A DNA stretch of 46,351 nucleotides from a virus (lineage: Duplodnaviria > Caudoviricetes). Under the pieces are notes generated by a model. The model was given only the letters and a program-made list of their open reading frames with translations, searched no databases and was not told the origin of the DNA. Where the stretch lies: the IMG/VR virus record IMGVR_UViG_3300032312_000634, positions 1 to 46,351 of that record. One strand, given 5' to 3'. Shown piece by piece: positions 37,481 to 46,316 of the stretch. Each line of letters opens with the position of its first letter. Position 1 is the first letter of the stretch. The position numbers and the translations under genes are program-made.

Positions 37481-37822
37481 CTATTTTGTGTTGATACCAA
37501 GGCCTGACGTTTGTGCATTTAGACCGTTGAATACTCCTAACATACAAGGAGCTTGCCCACCCATACCGTCAAGAAAAAATCCCATCACCCAATCACCAAC
37601 TCTAGGTGAAGAAACTTTACCTCTGGAATTTATTGGTAGTATTGCTTGAGCCCATGGTAAATCTTTTTCTGGAATTTTTTCAAAGGATTCTTTTCCACCA
37701 TCACCATGCCAACCAAATATTCTAACTTGACATCTGCCTGCACCTAAAGGATCAACTCGATTTACAATTTCACCAACCCACCAGACAAAACCATCTTTGC
37801 CTGCAAAATTAATTTCTTTCAT
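37481..37822 (-). CDS. gp5: gp5 N-terminal OB-fold domain as a stand-alone gene
   Basis: 'GF.WW.GE...RVDPLG.GRC.VRI.GWH.......IP..DLPWA....P.........P..GDWV.GFFLDG...Q.P..LG' matches the T4 gp5 OB domain; stop after 113 aa. Confidence 0.9.
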   Translation of the reverse strand: MKEINFAGKDGFVWWVGEIVNRVDPLGAGRCQVRIFGWHGDGGKESFEKIPEKDLPWAQAILPINSRGKVSSPRVGDWVMGFFLDGMGGQAPCMLGVFNGLNAQTSGLGINTK

Positions 37823-37825
37823 TTT

Positions 37826-39229
37826 TTAACCCTTAGCTTTGTCTATTTCTTCATTTTGAACAAATGGTATATTTGGTGCAGAAAGACTGTCTGTAACTGC
37901 TAGCACAATACACTTATAAGAACCTTCATAATCTAGAACGTGTCTTATAGCTGCTACCATATATTTACCAGAATAATATTTATCTATGTTACTAGTATTT
38001 TTGTTTTTAGCGACAGCCAATGATGGTATATTTAATTTGACTATATCACCAACTCTCATCATAGGGTCACCAGCTATACTAAATTCAACTTTTATATAGT
38101 TGGCCAGCCCAAATTGTGCTATTCTATAAGGTATTCTGGTTTCAGCATCAATATTAGGAGGTACTGATTGAAAAGCCTGTTTACTACCTTTAATCAGAGG
38201 GTTTTGTCTTTGTTTGGTATTTGTAATAACTAATTTAACAGATGCATCAGTCATCTCACTTACGGTTTTTTCAAACCTATTTTTAAAATCTGCGGTAAGT
38301 GGGTAAGGATTCAATGTCAATGGTTTTTTACCACCTTGTGCAGCCAATTTACCTTGAATATAATCATCATACTTAAATCCTGTTATAAATTTCTCTTTCG
38401 TTAAAGTATCGATGCCTATAAATTTGTTTGCGAATAGACCTCCAATTGATGCTTCAAGAGTATCAAAGTGTTTAACTATTCTACACGTTAACATACTCCT
38501 CAATCCTCTAGACATATTCTCCGAACTTTCTGGTTGATATAAGTTTTGTGGACTATAATCATACTCAGCATAAATGTCTTGTTTATATAACGATTGTAAC
38601 GATCTTAAATGAAATCCCCTTCTAGTTTCATAAAAGAACATATCGGCACCAACATATCCACCATCATTCTTTGATGGTTTGGCATAAGTGGCCAACCAGT
38701 TTATTGCATCAAAAGGCGTTAGATTTGGAATAATCATACTATATAAACCTTCTGTTAAATCCAAATCTATTGGTTTAGTAGACCTCAATTCTTCATATAA
38801 AATATTGTCTATCATGTCACGTATAGTCATATTGGTGTATGATCTAGCAATTCTTTTTTGATTTGATAAGAACAATTCTTCAGAAATAAATTGTATCATA
38901 TACTGAACGTTAGTTCGAGTATTTTGATTTACTGCTTCAATTTTATAAACCCTGAAGGTGATATCAAATTCGTTCACATCATCTGGTGTTGACTTACTGA
39001 AAGCTATTCGAATAAAATCGAAACCATTAATATTAAAATTTTCAATAAATCCGGATGCATCGGTTACAATCAAATAACCAGAAAATGTTGGCATATACAG
39101 CTCTTCAAAAATGGATAATTCCATCATTGAAGGTTTAAAAGAGATTTTAGAACCAGTACCAGTTATTAACTCTACATCATTAATACTATATTGTTGTGGT
39201 TCACTAATGCCCTTATTTTTAGTTACCAT
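37826..39229 (-). CDS. Baseplate hub protein (gp27/GPD-like)
   Basis: 'IIPNL.PFDAI.WLA..A', 'FFYET..GFH.RSL.SL' and 'I.GD....VGD.V.L.IP......DKYYSGKY.V.AIRH'; position between gp53 and gp5. Confidence 0.75.
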   Translation of the reverse strand: MVTKNKGISEPQQYSINDVELITGTGSKISFKPSMMELSIFEELYMPTFSGYLIVTDASGFIENFNINGFDFIRIAFSKSTPDDVNEFDITFRVYKIEAVNQNTRTNVQYMIQFISEELFLSNQKRIARSYTNMTIRDMIDNILYEELRSTKPIDLDLTEGLYSMIIPNLTPFDAINWLATYAKPSKNDGGYVGADMFFYETRRGFHLRSLQSLYKQDIYAEYDYSPQNLYQPESSENMSRGLRSMLTCRIVKHFDTLEASIGGLFANKFIGIDTLTKEKFITGFKYDDYIQGKLAAQGGKKPLTLNPYPLTADFKNRFEKTVSEMTDASVKLVITNTKQRQNPLIKGSKQAFQSVPPNIDAETRIPYRIAQFGLANYIKVEFSIAGDPMMRVGDIVKLNIPSLAVAKNKNTSNIDKYYSGKYMVAAIRHVLDYEGSYKCIVLAVTDSLSAPNIPFVQNEEIDKAKG

Positions 39230-39231
39230 AA

Positions 39232-39837
39232 TTAAATATTTCCATAAAGAAGTTTAAATTGTGATTTCAATTCATTTGCCACATTGATATTGATGAGATT
39301 AATTGTCTGCTTAGAATCATTTAACTCTATTTCATAATCATAGTTTGTTACAGTAGATTTAGTCAAAGAATAGTTTACGATCTCTCCAGATGGCAAAACA
39401 CAATTTTTAGAGAATTCAATTAGATTATCATATTCTTCTTTACCAATTTCTGTGGTTGTTTCTTGTTTTTCATTGGTTAAAGGATCAGTATATGTTATTG
39501 TTTTTGCGTAATGATGTATTTGATATGCATTTTCAATTGAACCATATTTGTTAATTATATATTTGTTTATATTGTATTGACTTAATGGCCAATCCCATTG
39601 TGGATCACTTAATAGATTTGATACCATAACCAACCAATAATCGTCAGCAGAACCGTAGTATTTCTCAGCAACAATTTCTGGACTATCTTTTTCTTTTAAT
39701 GTGTACTCATAATATGACAATGGACTTTTTATCAATTGTGAAACGATATAAACCCTTGTCGTTAAATCTTTCATATAGATGTTGTTTCCACGACCATCTG
39801 GATATGAAATTACTGGTAAATTTTTAAAATATAACAT
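39232..39837 (-). CDS. gp53: Baseplate wedge subunit gp53
   Basis: 'YF..LP.I.Y', 'Y.....DSPE.VAEKYYG....YWLV...N...DPQ.DWPL......YI..KYGS....IHHY' and 'TNYDYE..LN..K'. Confidence 0.9.
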   Translation of the reverse strand: MLYFKNLPVISYPDGRGNNIYMKDLTTRVYIVSQLIKSPLSYYEYTLKEKDSPEIVAEKYYGSADDYWLVMVSNLLSDPQWDWPLSQYNINKYIINKYGSIENAYQIHHYAKTITYTDPLTNEKQETTTEIGKEEYDNLIEFSKNCVLPSGEIVNYSLTKSTVTNYDYEIELNDSKQTINLININVANELKSQFKLLYGNI

Positions 39838-40838
39838 TAGTAACCTTGTCTAATTTTATTTTTATCGATAATAGACATTTCTTTAAATGATAGTGTCAAA
39901 CGTGTTTGAACTGGTGAACCATCAGGAAACGTAATCCATCCATTTGTTGCATAGTCAACCTCTATGCTCTCTAAAACACACTCATCTATTTTATTTACAA
40001 AATTATTCCTAGTACCTTGATATAAAAATTCAATATCAAATGTTGAAGGTAATATGAAAAATTGACCACCAATTCCAGCTGCAGCATTACCTACTTCTGG
40101 TGCTGCATGAAATTTAAACATATCTATAATTTTTTTTACGTTTTTTGATTCTCTTTCACTATATGGAGTAAAAAGAAATGTCATTTGAAAAGTTCTTAGT
40201 GCAGTTGCTTTGAATAATAATTGTACTTGTGGGTTGATTGCATATCCTCTACCTCTTAATAATACATCAACAGGTATAGCACCACCAACTGCTTCTTTAA
40301 TTAAAGCTAACAGATTAGGATTAGTTGCGGCTGATGCAAAATTAAACTTATTGTTTTTTAAATCCGACATGTAACTAGAAACATCACCACCTAACCCAAC
40401 AATGGCCTGACCTAATCTTGGAATGGTATAATCATTTAAATCATCTTCTTGATAAGCATTTGTATAAGAAGTTTGCATTGTATCCGGCATATACAATTGA
40501 ATTGATGCAGCTAATCTTCTTTTTTCTGGAGTTATTTTAATACCAGTATCTTTACCATTAATGATTCCTATCTTAACCGTTTCAGCAGATTTCGAGACAT
40601 TTTCAATGTATTTACTACTACTTTTATCTTCTGTATATGATGACTGTTCAATTTCATTGATGAAAAATTGAACCTGATGTTGCCTACTACGGTCTACACC
40701 CAAACCATCTGGATATTGCAAAACACTGAAACTATAATTATCTCTATCCAAATCGGCTAGTGGTGGAGGTACGTCCAATGTTTTGGAAGCAATGTCAGAT
40801 TGTTCAGAGTTATCTTGAATTGATATTCTTGTGGCCAT
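39837..40838 (-). CDS. gp48: Baseplate tail-tube cap gp48-like
   Basis: 'L.YP', 'I.LYMP', 'G.AINP...LLF....LR.F...F.F.P.S..E...V..II..FK....P', 'P..F.I.F' and 'C.LE...VDY...G...F.DG.P....L.L.FKE..I'. Confidence 0.82.
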   Translation of the reverse strand: MATRISIQDNSEQSDIASKTLDVPPPLADLDRDNYSFSVLQYPDGLGVDRSRQHQVQFFINEIEQSSYTEDKSSSKYIENVSKSAETVKIGIINGKDTGIKITPEKRRLAASIQLYMPDTMQTSYTNAYQEDDLNDYTIPRLGQAIVGLGGDVSSYMSDLKNNKFNFASAATNPNLLALIKEAVGGAIPVDVLLRGRGYAINPQVQLLFKATALRTFQMTFLFTPYSERESKNVKKIIDMFKFHAAPEVGNAAAGIGGQFFILPSTFDIEFLYQGTRNNFVNKIDECVLESIEVDYATNGWITFPDGSPVQTRLTLSFKEMSIIDKNKIRQGY

Positions 40839-40867
40839 TTTATTTTTTTGTTGAGAAAAGACATATA

Positions 40868-40875
40868 TATTTATA
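40868..40875 (-). promoter_or_regulatory. T4-type late promoter TATAAATA for the leftward baseplate operon
   Basis: Exact TATAAATA on the - strand, 29 nt upstream of the gp48 ATG, overlapping the first base of the gp4 ATG. Confidence 0.78.
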
Positions 40876-41297
40876 TGGCTTACTCAGGACGTTTTATACC
40901 AAAAAATCCTCGAAAATACATGGGGGATCATAGTAATATCATATATCGGTCATCTTGGGAGTGCAGGGTGATGGATTGGCTTGACCGGAACCCAGAGATT
41001 ATTCAATGGGGCTCAGAGGAACTTATTATACCTTATAAATCTCCTGTAGACGGACGGTTTCATCGATATTTTCCAGATTTTATCGTCAAAACCAAAAAAG
41101 GTACGATGATTATTGAGGTCAAACCAGAAGCACAAACTAAACCACCGAAACAAAAGAAAAGAATCACCAAACAATACATTCAAGAAGTGGCCAACTATGG
41201 TATCAACCAAGCCAAATGGCAGGCCGCAACCGAGTATTGTTTAGACCGAGGATGGTCTTTTAAGATCATAACTGAAAGTCATCTAGGACTCAACTAA
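40875..41297 (+). CDS. gp4: Head completion nuclease gp4 (TnsA-like PD-(D/E)XK)
   Basis: 'MAYSGRF.PKNP.KY.GD..NI.YRSSWE', 'WGSEE..IPY.SP.DG..HRYFPDF', 'IEVKP..QT.PP' and 'NQAKW.AA..YC...GW.F.IITE'; start likely 40875 rather than 40848. Confidence 0.95.
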   Translation: MAYSGRFIPKNPRKYMGDHSNIIYRSSWECRVMDWLDRNPEIIQWGSEELIIPYKSPVDGRFHRYFPDFIVKTKKGTMIIEVKPEAQTKPPKQKKRITKQYIQEVANYGINQAKWQAATEYCLDRGWSFKIITESHLGLN

Positions 41298-41300
41298 ATA
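41293..41300 (+). promoter_or_regulatory. Putative late promoter (ACTAAATA) 5 nt upstream of the gp2 ATG
   Basis: ACTAAATA-TTGTA-ATG; overlaps the gp4 stop codon. Confidence 0.65.
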
Positions 41301-41305
41301 TTGTA

Positions 41306-41902
41306 ATGACATCCAAACTTACACAATTAACTGAACAAAAGACGGCAGCTCAACTAAAGAGTATGTCGGTGGAATCGTATCGATGGTTACAAACTAAGAT
41401 ATCACAACTTAGAAATCCAGGAACTATTGCAAAGCAGATTGCCAGAGAAAAAGATAGAATTGCAACAAGGTTTAAAATTGGTGGGTTGTATTTTTTCTTT
41501 TATGATCCAAAGACGAAATCTGAATTACCATATTATGATACATTTCCTTTGGTATTGGTATTGGAGAGATATCCAGATGGATTTTTAGGATTGAATCTAC
41601 ATTACCTACCGGTAAAATACAGAATTGCGTTTCTGAACAAATTGATGCCCCTAGCGGTCCTAGACGATTCAGATGAAATCAAACGTATGCGTGTGACATA
41701 CGACATTTTAGACGCCTCCAGACGTTACAAGGCGTTCAGGCCATGTGTTAAAAAGTATTTGTACGGACATTTTAGGTCTAAGTTACTTACCGTTCAGCCA
41801 AATGAATGGGATGTAGCAACAATGATACCGGTACACCAATTCAAGAAAGCCAAACCATCGCAAGTTTGGCATGAATCCATAGAACAAATTAGGAACAATT
41901 AA
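41306..41902 (+). CDS. gp2: DNA end protector protein gp2
   Basis: 'G.LY.F.YDPKTK..LPYYD.FPLV......GFLGLNLHYLP...R', 'PCVKKYL..H.RS' and 'EW..A...PV.QF.K'. Confidence 0.93.
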   Translation: MTSKLTQLTEQKTAAQLKSMSVESYRWLQTKISQLRNPGTIAKQIAREKDRIATRFKIGGLYFFFYDPKTKSELPYYDTFPLVLVLERYPDGFLGLNLHYLPVKYRIAFLNKLMPLAVLDDSDEIKRMRVTYDILDASRRYKAFRPCVKKYLYGHFRSKLLTVQPNEWDVATMIPVHQFKKAKPSQVWHESIEQIRNN

Positions 41903-41903
41903 A

Positions 41904-42476
41904 ATGCCATTCGCAGTGAATCGATTTTTAGATAGTTTCAATACCGAATTAGCCAGACCATCTAGGTTTGAGGTGTTTTTCAATATACCAGCAGCATTAA
42001 GCAATAATGGATTAAGATCAAATTCTTCAAGAACTAATGGTTTAACTTCTTTAGATTTAGCATTAAGGTGCGAAAGTGCTCAGTTGCCTAGCAGAACTCT
42101 TATGACAACAGAACAAAAGATATATGGCATCACTGAAAAATATCCTTATGAAAATTCTTACAATGATGCTGAGTTTGTGTTCTTAGTTTCTGGTGACATG
42201 AGAGAAAAAAAATTCTTTGATAGTTGGATTAACTTGGTAAGTCCTAAATTATCATACAACATGAATTACAAATCTGTTTATGCTACTAGTGTGATTGTCA
42301 AGCAATACGATCAACAAAATAGGCCTCAGTACGAGGTTGAATTGAGGAAATCTTTCCCTATATCAGTTAATCAATTGGATTTAGATTGGTCGTCTGATGG
42401 TCACCATAAACTCGCAGTAGTGTTTGCCTATAGTGATTGGATCAGTGGAACTTCAACAACAAATTTAGTAGGATAA
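41904..42476 (+). CDS. gp54: Baseplate tail-tube initiator (gp54/gp19-like)
   Basis: 'LARP.RFEV....P', 'CESA.LP.R', 'F..W...V....YN..Y...Y...V.V.QYD' and 'FP.SV..L.L.W......KL.V.F.Y..W'. Confidence 0.72.
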   Translation: MPFAVNRFLDSFNTELARPSRFEVFFNIPAALSNNGLRSNSSRTNGLTSLDLALRCESAQLPSRTLMTTEQKIYGITEKYPYENSYNDAEFVFLVSGDMREKKFFDSWINLVSPKLSYNMNYKSVYATSVIVKQYDQQNRPQYEVELRKSFPISVNQLDLDWSSDGHHKLAVVFAYSDWISGTSTTNLVG

Positions 42477-42518
42477 GTTAAAAAGTTTTTAAGTATTATT
42501 ATATTATAAGGAGTTATT

Positions 42519-43241
42519 ATGGCTTTACCAAAAATTGATGTGCCTGTGCATGAGATTACATTACCAATAGCCAAAAAGACGTTACGTTATAGACCTTTTT
42601 TGGTTAAAGAACAAAAAATATTATTAATGGCTGGTGAATCAAACAATGCGGATACTATAGAAAAATCAATTAGACAGATTCTTCAAAATTGTTGTTTGGA
42701 TGAATTTGATGTAGATACTTTAAGTTTGTTAGACGTAGAATTTTATTTTCTTCACCTAAGAGGAGTATCAGTTGGTGAGATGGTAGAAAATAAATATAGA
42801 TGCCAAAATGTTGTGAATGAACAAATTTGTAATAATCTTATGGATGCAAACTTAAATGTTACAGATTTAAAAATAACTGGTATTGAAGATTATAAAGATG
42901 TCATATATGTGACCGATAATGTCGGTGTGAAAATGATATTACCAAAATATAGTTTGTTGCAGAAGGCCAGAGATATGGTTAATGCAACAGATTTCGTATT
43001 CGATTTAATCATAGATTGTATAGAATACATTTTTGAAGGAGATCAATTTCACTATGCGAATCAAATACCAAGAGAAGAACTTTTGGAATTTGTTGATAGT
43101 TTAAATCAAACACAATTTGCAAAATTGCAGTCATTCTTTGATAAGATACCAAAAATAGAAAAGAAAGTTGAAGTAACCTGTAATAAGTGTGGGTTTGAAC
43201 ATAAAATTGAATATGAAGGAATCGAAAGTTTTTTCGGATGA
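42519..43241 (+). CDS. gp26: Baseplate hub subunit gp26
   Basis: 'MALPKI..P.....LP......YRPFLVKEQKILLMA.E', 'D.E..FL.LR..SVGE' and 'F.K...FF...PK......C..CG......EG..SFF'; AGGAG RBS. Confidence 0.9.
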   Translation: MALPKIDVPVHEITLPIAKKTLRYRPFLVKEQKILLMAGESNNADTIEKSIRQILQNCCLDEFDVDTLSLLDVEFYFLHLRGVSVGEMVENKYRCQNVVNEQICNNLMDANLNVTDLKITGIEDYKDVIYVTDNVGVKMILPKYSLLQKARDMVNATDFVFDLIIDCIEYIFEGDQFHYANQIPREELLEFVDSLNQTQFAKLQSFFDKIPKIEKKVEVTCNKCGFEHKIEYEGIESFFG

Positions 43242-43429
43242 TATTTGGTCATGATTCGTTGCAAAATTATTATACAACCAATTTTAATTTAATGCAACAC
43301 CATAAGTACAGCTTGACGGAAATTGAAAATATGCTGCCGTGGGAAAGAGAAATTTATATTACACTCTTAATCCAATATATGAAAGAAGAAAACGAAAGAA
43401 TCAAACAACAACAAATGCAAAATAGGTAA
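43238..43429 (+). CDS. gp51: Baseplate hub assembly catalyst gp51
   Basis: 'L.NYY.TNF.LMQHHKYSLTEIENM.PWER.IY..LL.QY..EE'. Confidence 0.92.
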   Translation: MIFGHDSLQNYYTTNFNLMQHHKYSLTEIENMLPWEREIYITLLIQYMKEENERIKQQQMQNR

Positions 43430-43432
43430 AAA

Positions 43433-45358
43433 ATGGCAATTTTAAATAGAGGATCTGGATCATTATTTCCATTAATAAATGATATCAAAAACAGTAATTC
43501 GAAAAATGAAGCGCCAGAACCAGCACTAAAAAGAAGTTCTGGTTCAAAATCTGACGTTAGAGTCGGTGATGGCATGACCGTTATTTTATCTAAAATTTGG
43601 GGAGCATTAAAGAAACAAGAAGATTTTGCAAAAGTGGCCAAAAAGAATATTGAAGCAGATAAAAAATTCAAAAAAGAATCAAAAGACTTGATGAAGAAGA
43701 ATCACCAAGTTATTTTAAATTCTTTAAATGTTTTAAACAAAGATGTCACAAAAGTTTTAACTAAACTTTTAGATGTTAATGAAAAAAGTGCAAAAGAAGA
43801 AACCAAAAGATTAGAAGATGCTGAAAGATCGGATGAGCTAAAACAAGACTTTGCAAAAGAAACATTTAGAGAAAGTGAATCTGATGCTGAGAGGAGACAT
43901 AAGGAACTTTTAGAAGCATTGAAGTTAATCGGTGGTGGTGGTAGTGGAGAAGAAAAAACAAAAAGACAAAGGAAAACTCCTTTCGAAAAATTATTAGGTG
44001 ATTTAAAAAAAGACTTTCTAGGATTATTTGAAGGTGCATTATCAAGAGTTTTTGGTAAATCATTAGCTAAATTTTTAACCGCTACTGTACCATCTTTAAT
44101 TGCGAGTGCCGTTACTAGTTCATTAAGATTAGTATTAGCACACCCTTTGGTTGCTTTAGGTGTTGCTATAACTGGATTGACTGCTTGGTTAGGATCAAAA
44201 TATGGAGATATGTTATCAGATTTAGAAAAAGGTAAAAATGCAGCTGCAGCAAAAGGTGATGTGAAAGAAACTGAAAGAAAAAGTCAACAGCTTAATAACA
44301 TGTATGCAGCTCTTAATCCTATGGGTCCAGGATTCGTTGATACATCTAAAGCAAAAAAAGACACTGCAATGGCATTAGAGAAAGCTGGTACACCAGCGGC
44401 CGCATCTGCATTAGAAAAACTATATTTCGAAAATCCAAACCTCAGACCACAAGTTAAGTCAAATGTAAACACAGGCAAAGTTGAAAAAGCTTCACCACAA
44501 TCAACTCAACTTACTTTACCTGTTAATCAAGGAACATTCACAAGTGATAAAGGATCAAGAACTTTGAATGGAGTAACAAAAGAACATAATGGAGTGGATA
44601 TTGCACTTCCCGAAAATTCACCTGTTTTAGCAGCTGCAGGTGGTACTGTTTCTACGGGATACAATCAACAAAGTGGTAAATATATAAGAATAATGCATGA
44701 TGATGGTTCAGGATTGATATCCTCTTATGCACACTTAAATGAACCTCTTGTAAAAACTGGTGCCAAAGTTGCGGCAGGCCAACAAATCGCACTCAGTGGT
44801 GGCGCCACAAATAAAGGCGGTCATACGACAGGACCTCATTTACATTTTGCATTAAAACGAATAGCTGATGATAAATGGTTAGATCCTAAAGATTTCATTC
44901 CTGAATTGAGGGGTGCAGCAAAATCTGCTGAAGTTAAAACTGGTTCTGCACCAAGTGCTGTTAGAGTTGCTGGATCATCAGAATCACAAAGTGCTGGAGG
45001 TATGAGTGATGTATCATCTAATACACAAGAATCTTCAATGTTCCCAGATGTAAATTCTTTAATTGCTGCTGCACTTAGTGGCGCAGAAAGCTTAGTTAAA
45101 GGCACTGCATCTATGTTCCAAGATACAAGCATTAAAACATCTCAAGCTGATCCGTTGAATAAAATGAATGAAAGTATAAGAACAGCTTTAATGGATAGAA
45201 ATAATCAACCACCAATCACTAATGTTGTTAATAACAATGTTGCATCAGCTGGTGGATCTTCTGGTAATGTTGGACAATATATGAGTCCAAGAAGTAGAGA
45301 TAGCACAAAATCTCTGGCCGAACTGATGATGTTCAGACCAGTAACAGGAATCGGTTAG
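43433..45358 (+). CDS. Tape-measure/gp29-position virion protein with coiled coil, a hydrophobic segment and an M23 peptidase domain
   Basis: N-terminal charged coiled coil; 'LVLAHPLVALGVAITGLTAWLG'; M23 zinc motifs 'HNGVDIA', 'SSYAHL' and 'TTGPHLHF' at about 44516-44896; follows gp26-gp51. Confidence 0.78.
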   Translation: MAILNRGSGSLFPLINDIKNSNSKNEAPEPALKRSSGSKSDVRVGDGMTVILSKIWGALKKQEDFAKVAKKNIEADKKFKKESKDLMKKNHQVILNSLNVLNKDVTKVLTKLLDVNEKSAKEETKRLEDAERSDELKQDFAKETFRESESDAERRHKELLEALKLIGGGGSGEEKTKRQRKTPFEKLLGDLKKDFLGLFEGALSRVFGKSLAKFLTATVPSLIASAVTSSLRLVLAHPLVALGVAITGLTAWLGSKYGDMLSDLEKGKNAAAAKGDVKETERKSQQLNNMYAALNPMGPGFVDTSKAKKDTAMALEKAGTPAAASALEKLYFENPNLRPQVKSNVNTGKVEKASPQSTQLTLPVNQGTFTSDKGSRTLNGVTKEHNGVDIALPENSPVLAAAGGTVSTGYNQQSGKYIRIMHDDGSGLISSYAHLNEPLVKTGAKVAAGQQIALSGGATNKGGHTTGPHLHFALKRIADDKWLDPKDFIPELRGAAKSAEVKTGSAPSAVRVAGSSESQSAGGMSDVSSNTQESSMFPDVNSLIAAALSGAESLVKGTASMFQDTSIKTSQADPLNKMNESIRTALMDRNNQPPITNVVNNNVASAGGSSGNVGQYMSPRSRDSTKSLAELMMFRPVTGIG

Positions 45359-45361
45359 TAG

Positions 45362-45393
45362 AAAAAAGAAACCCACCTTTCGGTGGGTTTTTT
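45362..45393. terminator. Bidirectional rho-independent terminator
   Basis: AAAAAAG-AAACCCACC-TTTC-GGTGGGTTT-TTT: 9-bp stem, GAAA tetraloop on the - strand, T-rich tracts on both strands, between convergent genes. Confidence 0.9.
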
Positions 45394-45394
45394 A

Positions 45395-46276
45395 TTAGTC
45401 CTCTGAAGCAAGTCTTTCAAAGTATTTCATGTCATCATCTTCATCCAAGTCAGGTTCTTTGACTGTCTGAGGTTTTGATTTCACTTGTTCTTTGATCTGT
45501 TCAACAGTAGTCTTTGAAACAGGTTCACCACCTGCAAGACCGAGAACTTTATCCAAACGTTCTTTGAGTTTGTCATAAGACTTAAACTCTTTATCACCAG
45601 TCAATTCTGATAGTGAGTGTTCAGACTTCCAAACTTTTTCAAGTTCATCATCATCATCTAATAGTGGCTCTGAGGCCTCAAATAAAGAACTATCATAGTT
45701 TTGGTAACCATCTACCTTACGAATCTTCAGTTTAAAGTTAGCACCTTTCCATAAGTCAAATGGATTAATTGGTGTTTCATCTTCAAACTCAGGATTCATT
45801 GCAGCAGTAATCTTGTCAAAGATTTTTTTACCAAACTTGAATAAGAATACCTTGCCATTGTTTTCTGGATGTTTGGGATCAGAAACAACATAGATGTTAG
45901 CCACATAATTTAGTTTACGTTTTTGTTTACGAACAATTTCTTTGTTCGCTTCAATACCTGAATTCCACAAAGAAGAATTGTGTTCACAGATAGGACACTG
46001 TTGATTTTTGGTTGTTAAGCAATTATCAATTAACCAACCACCTGGTCCTTGAAAACCATGTGAGAAGATTTTAACCCATGGCAGTGCATCATCACCATCA
46101 CCAGGTGATGCAGGTAGAAAACGAATAGTAGCCATGCCATTACCTGACTTATCTACTTCTGGTTTCCAATAATTTTCTGCACGGTTTGGAAGTTCGGTGT
46201 TACCGATTGATTCTAGAGCCTTAGACAATTTGTCTAGGTTGCCTGATTGGCGTTTGAGGTTCGCAAATGAACTCAT
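45395..46276 (-). CDS. gp32: Single-stranded DNA-binding protein gp32
   Basis: 'WKP.VDK.GNG.A.IRFLPA', 'SHGFQGPGGW.I.NC.TT....CP.CE.N' (zinc ligands), 'FGKKIFDKI', 'NPFD.W.GANFKLKIRKV.GY.NYD.S.F' and acidic tail 'DEDDDMKYFERLA.ED'. Confidence 0.97.
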   Translation of the reverse strand: MSSFANLKRQSGNLDKLSKALESIGNTELPNRAENYWKPEVDKSGNGMATIRFLPASPGDGDDALPWVKIFSHGFQGPGGWLIDNCLTTKNQQCPICEHNSSLWNSGIEANKEIVRKQKRKLNYVANIYVVSDPKHPENNGKVFLFKFGKKIFDKITAAMNPEFEDETPINPFDLWKGANFKLKIRKVDGYQNYDSSLFEASEPLLDDDDELEKVWKSEHSLSELTGDKEFKSYDKLKERLDKVLGLAGGEPVSKTTVEQIKEQVKSKPQTVKEPDLDEDDDMKYFERLASED

Positions 46277-46294
46277 AGTATTACCTTTCGTATA

Positions 46295-46316
46295 AACGGA
46301 GTATTAACGGAATATT
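46295..46316. repeat. Tandem 11-mer repeat in the gp32 leader (candidate translational operator)
   Basis: AACGGAGTATT / AACGGAATATT, immediately upstream of the AAAGGT RBS of gp32. Confidence 0.6.

Noticed and set aside
37470-37547. Programmed frameshift fusing the gp5 OB domain to the next ORF through the overlapping open frame
   Set aside because: No clear slippery heptamer with a stimulatory structure was seen, and a strong GAGGT RBS precedes ATG 37469. Not excluded, but unsupported.
40875-41297. TnsA-like transposase indicating a mobile element
   Set aside because: The sequence and gp4-gp2 context identify it as the standard T4 head completion nuclease.
885-45132. Numerous short opposite-strand or alternate-frame ORFs in the track (e.g. 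910..1152, 12280..12636, 15320..15745, 35789..36208, 43354..43671)
   Set aside because: They lie within long recognisable genes and are shadows of biased codon usage.
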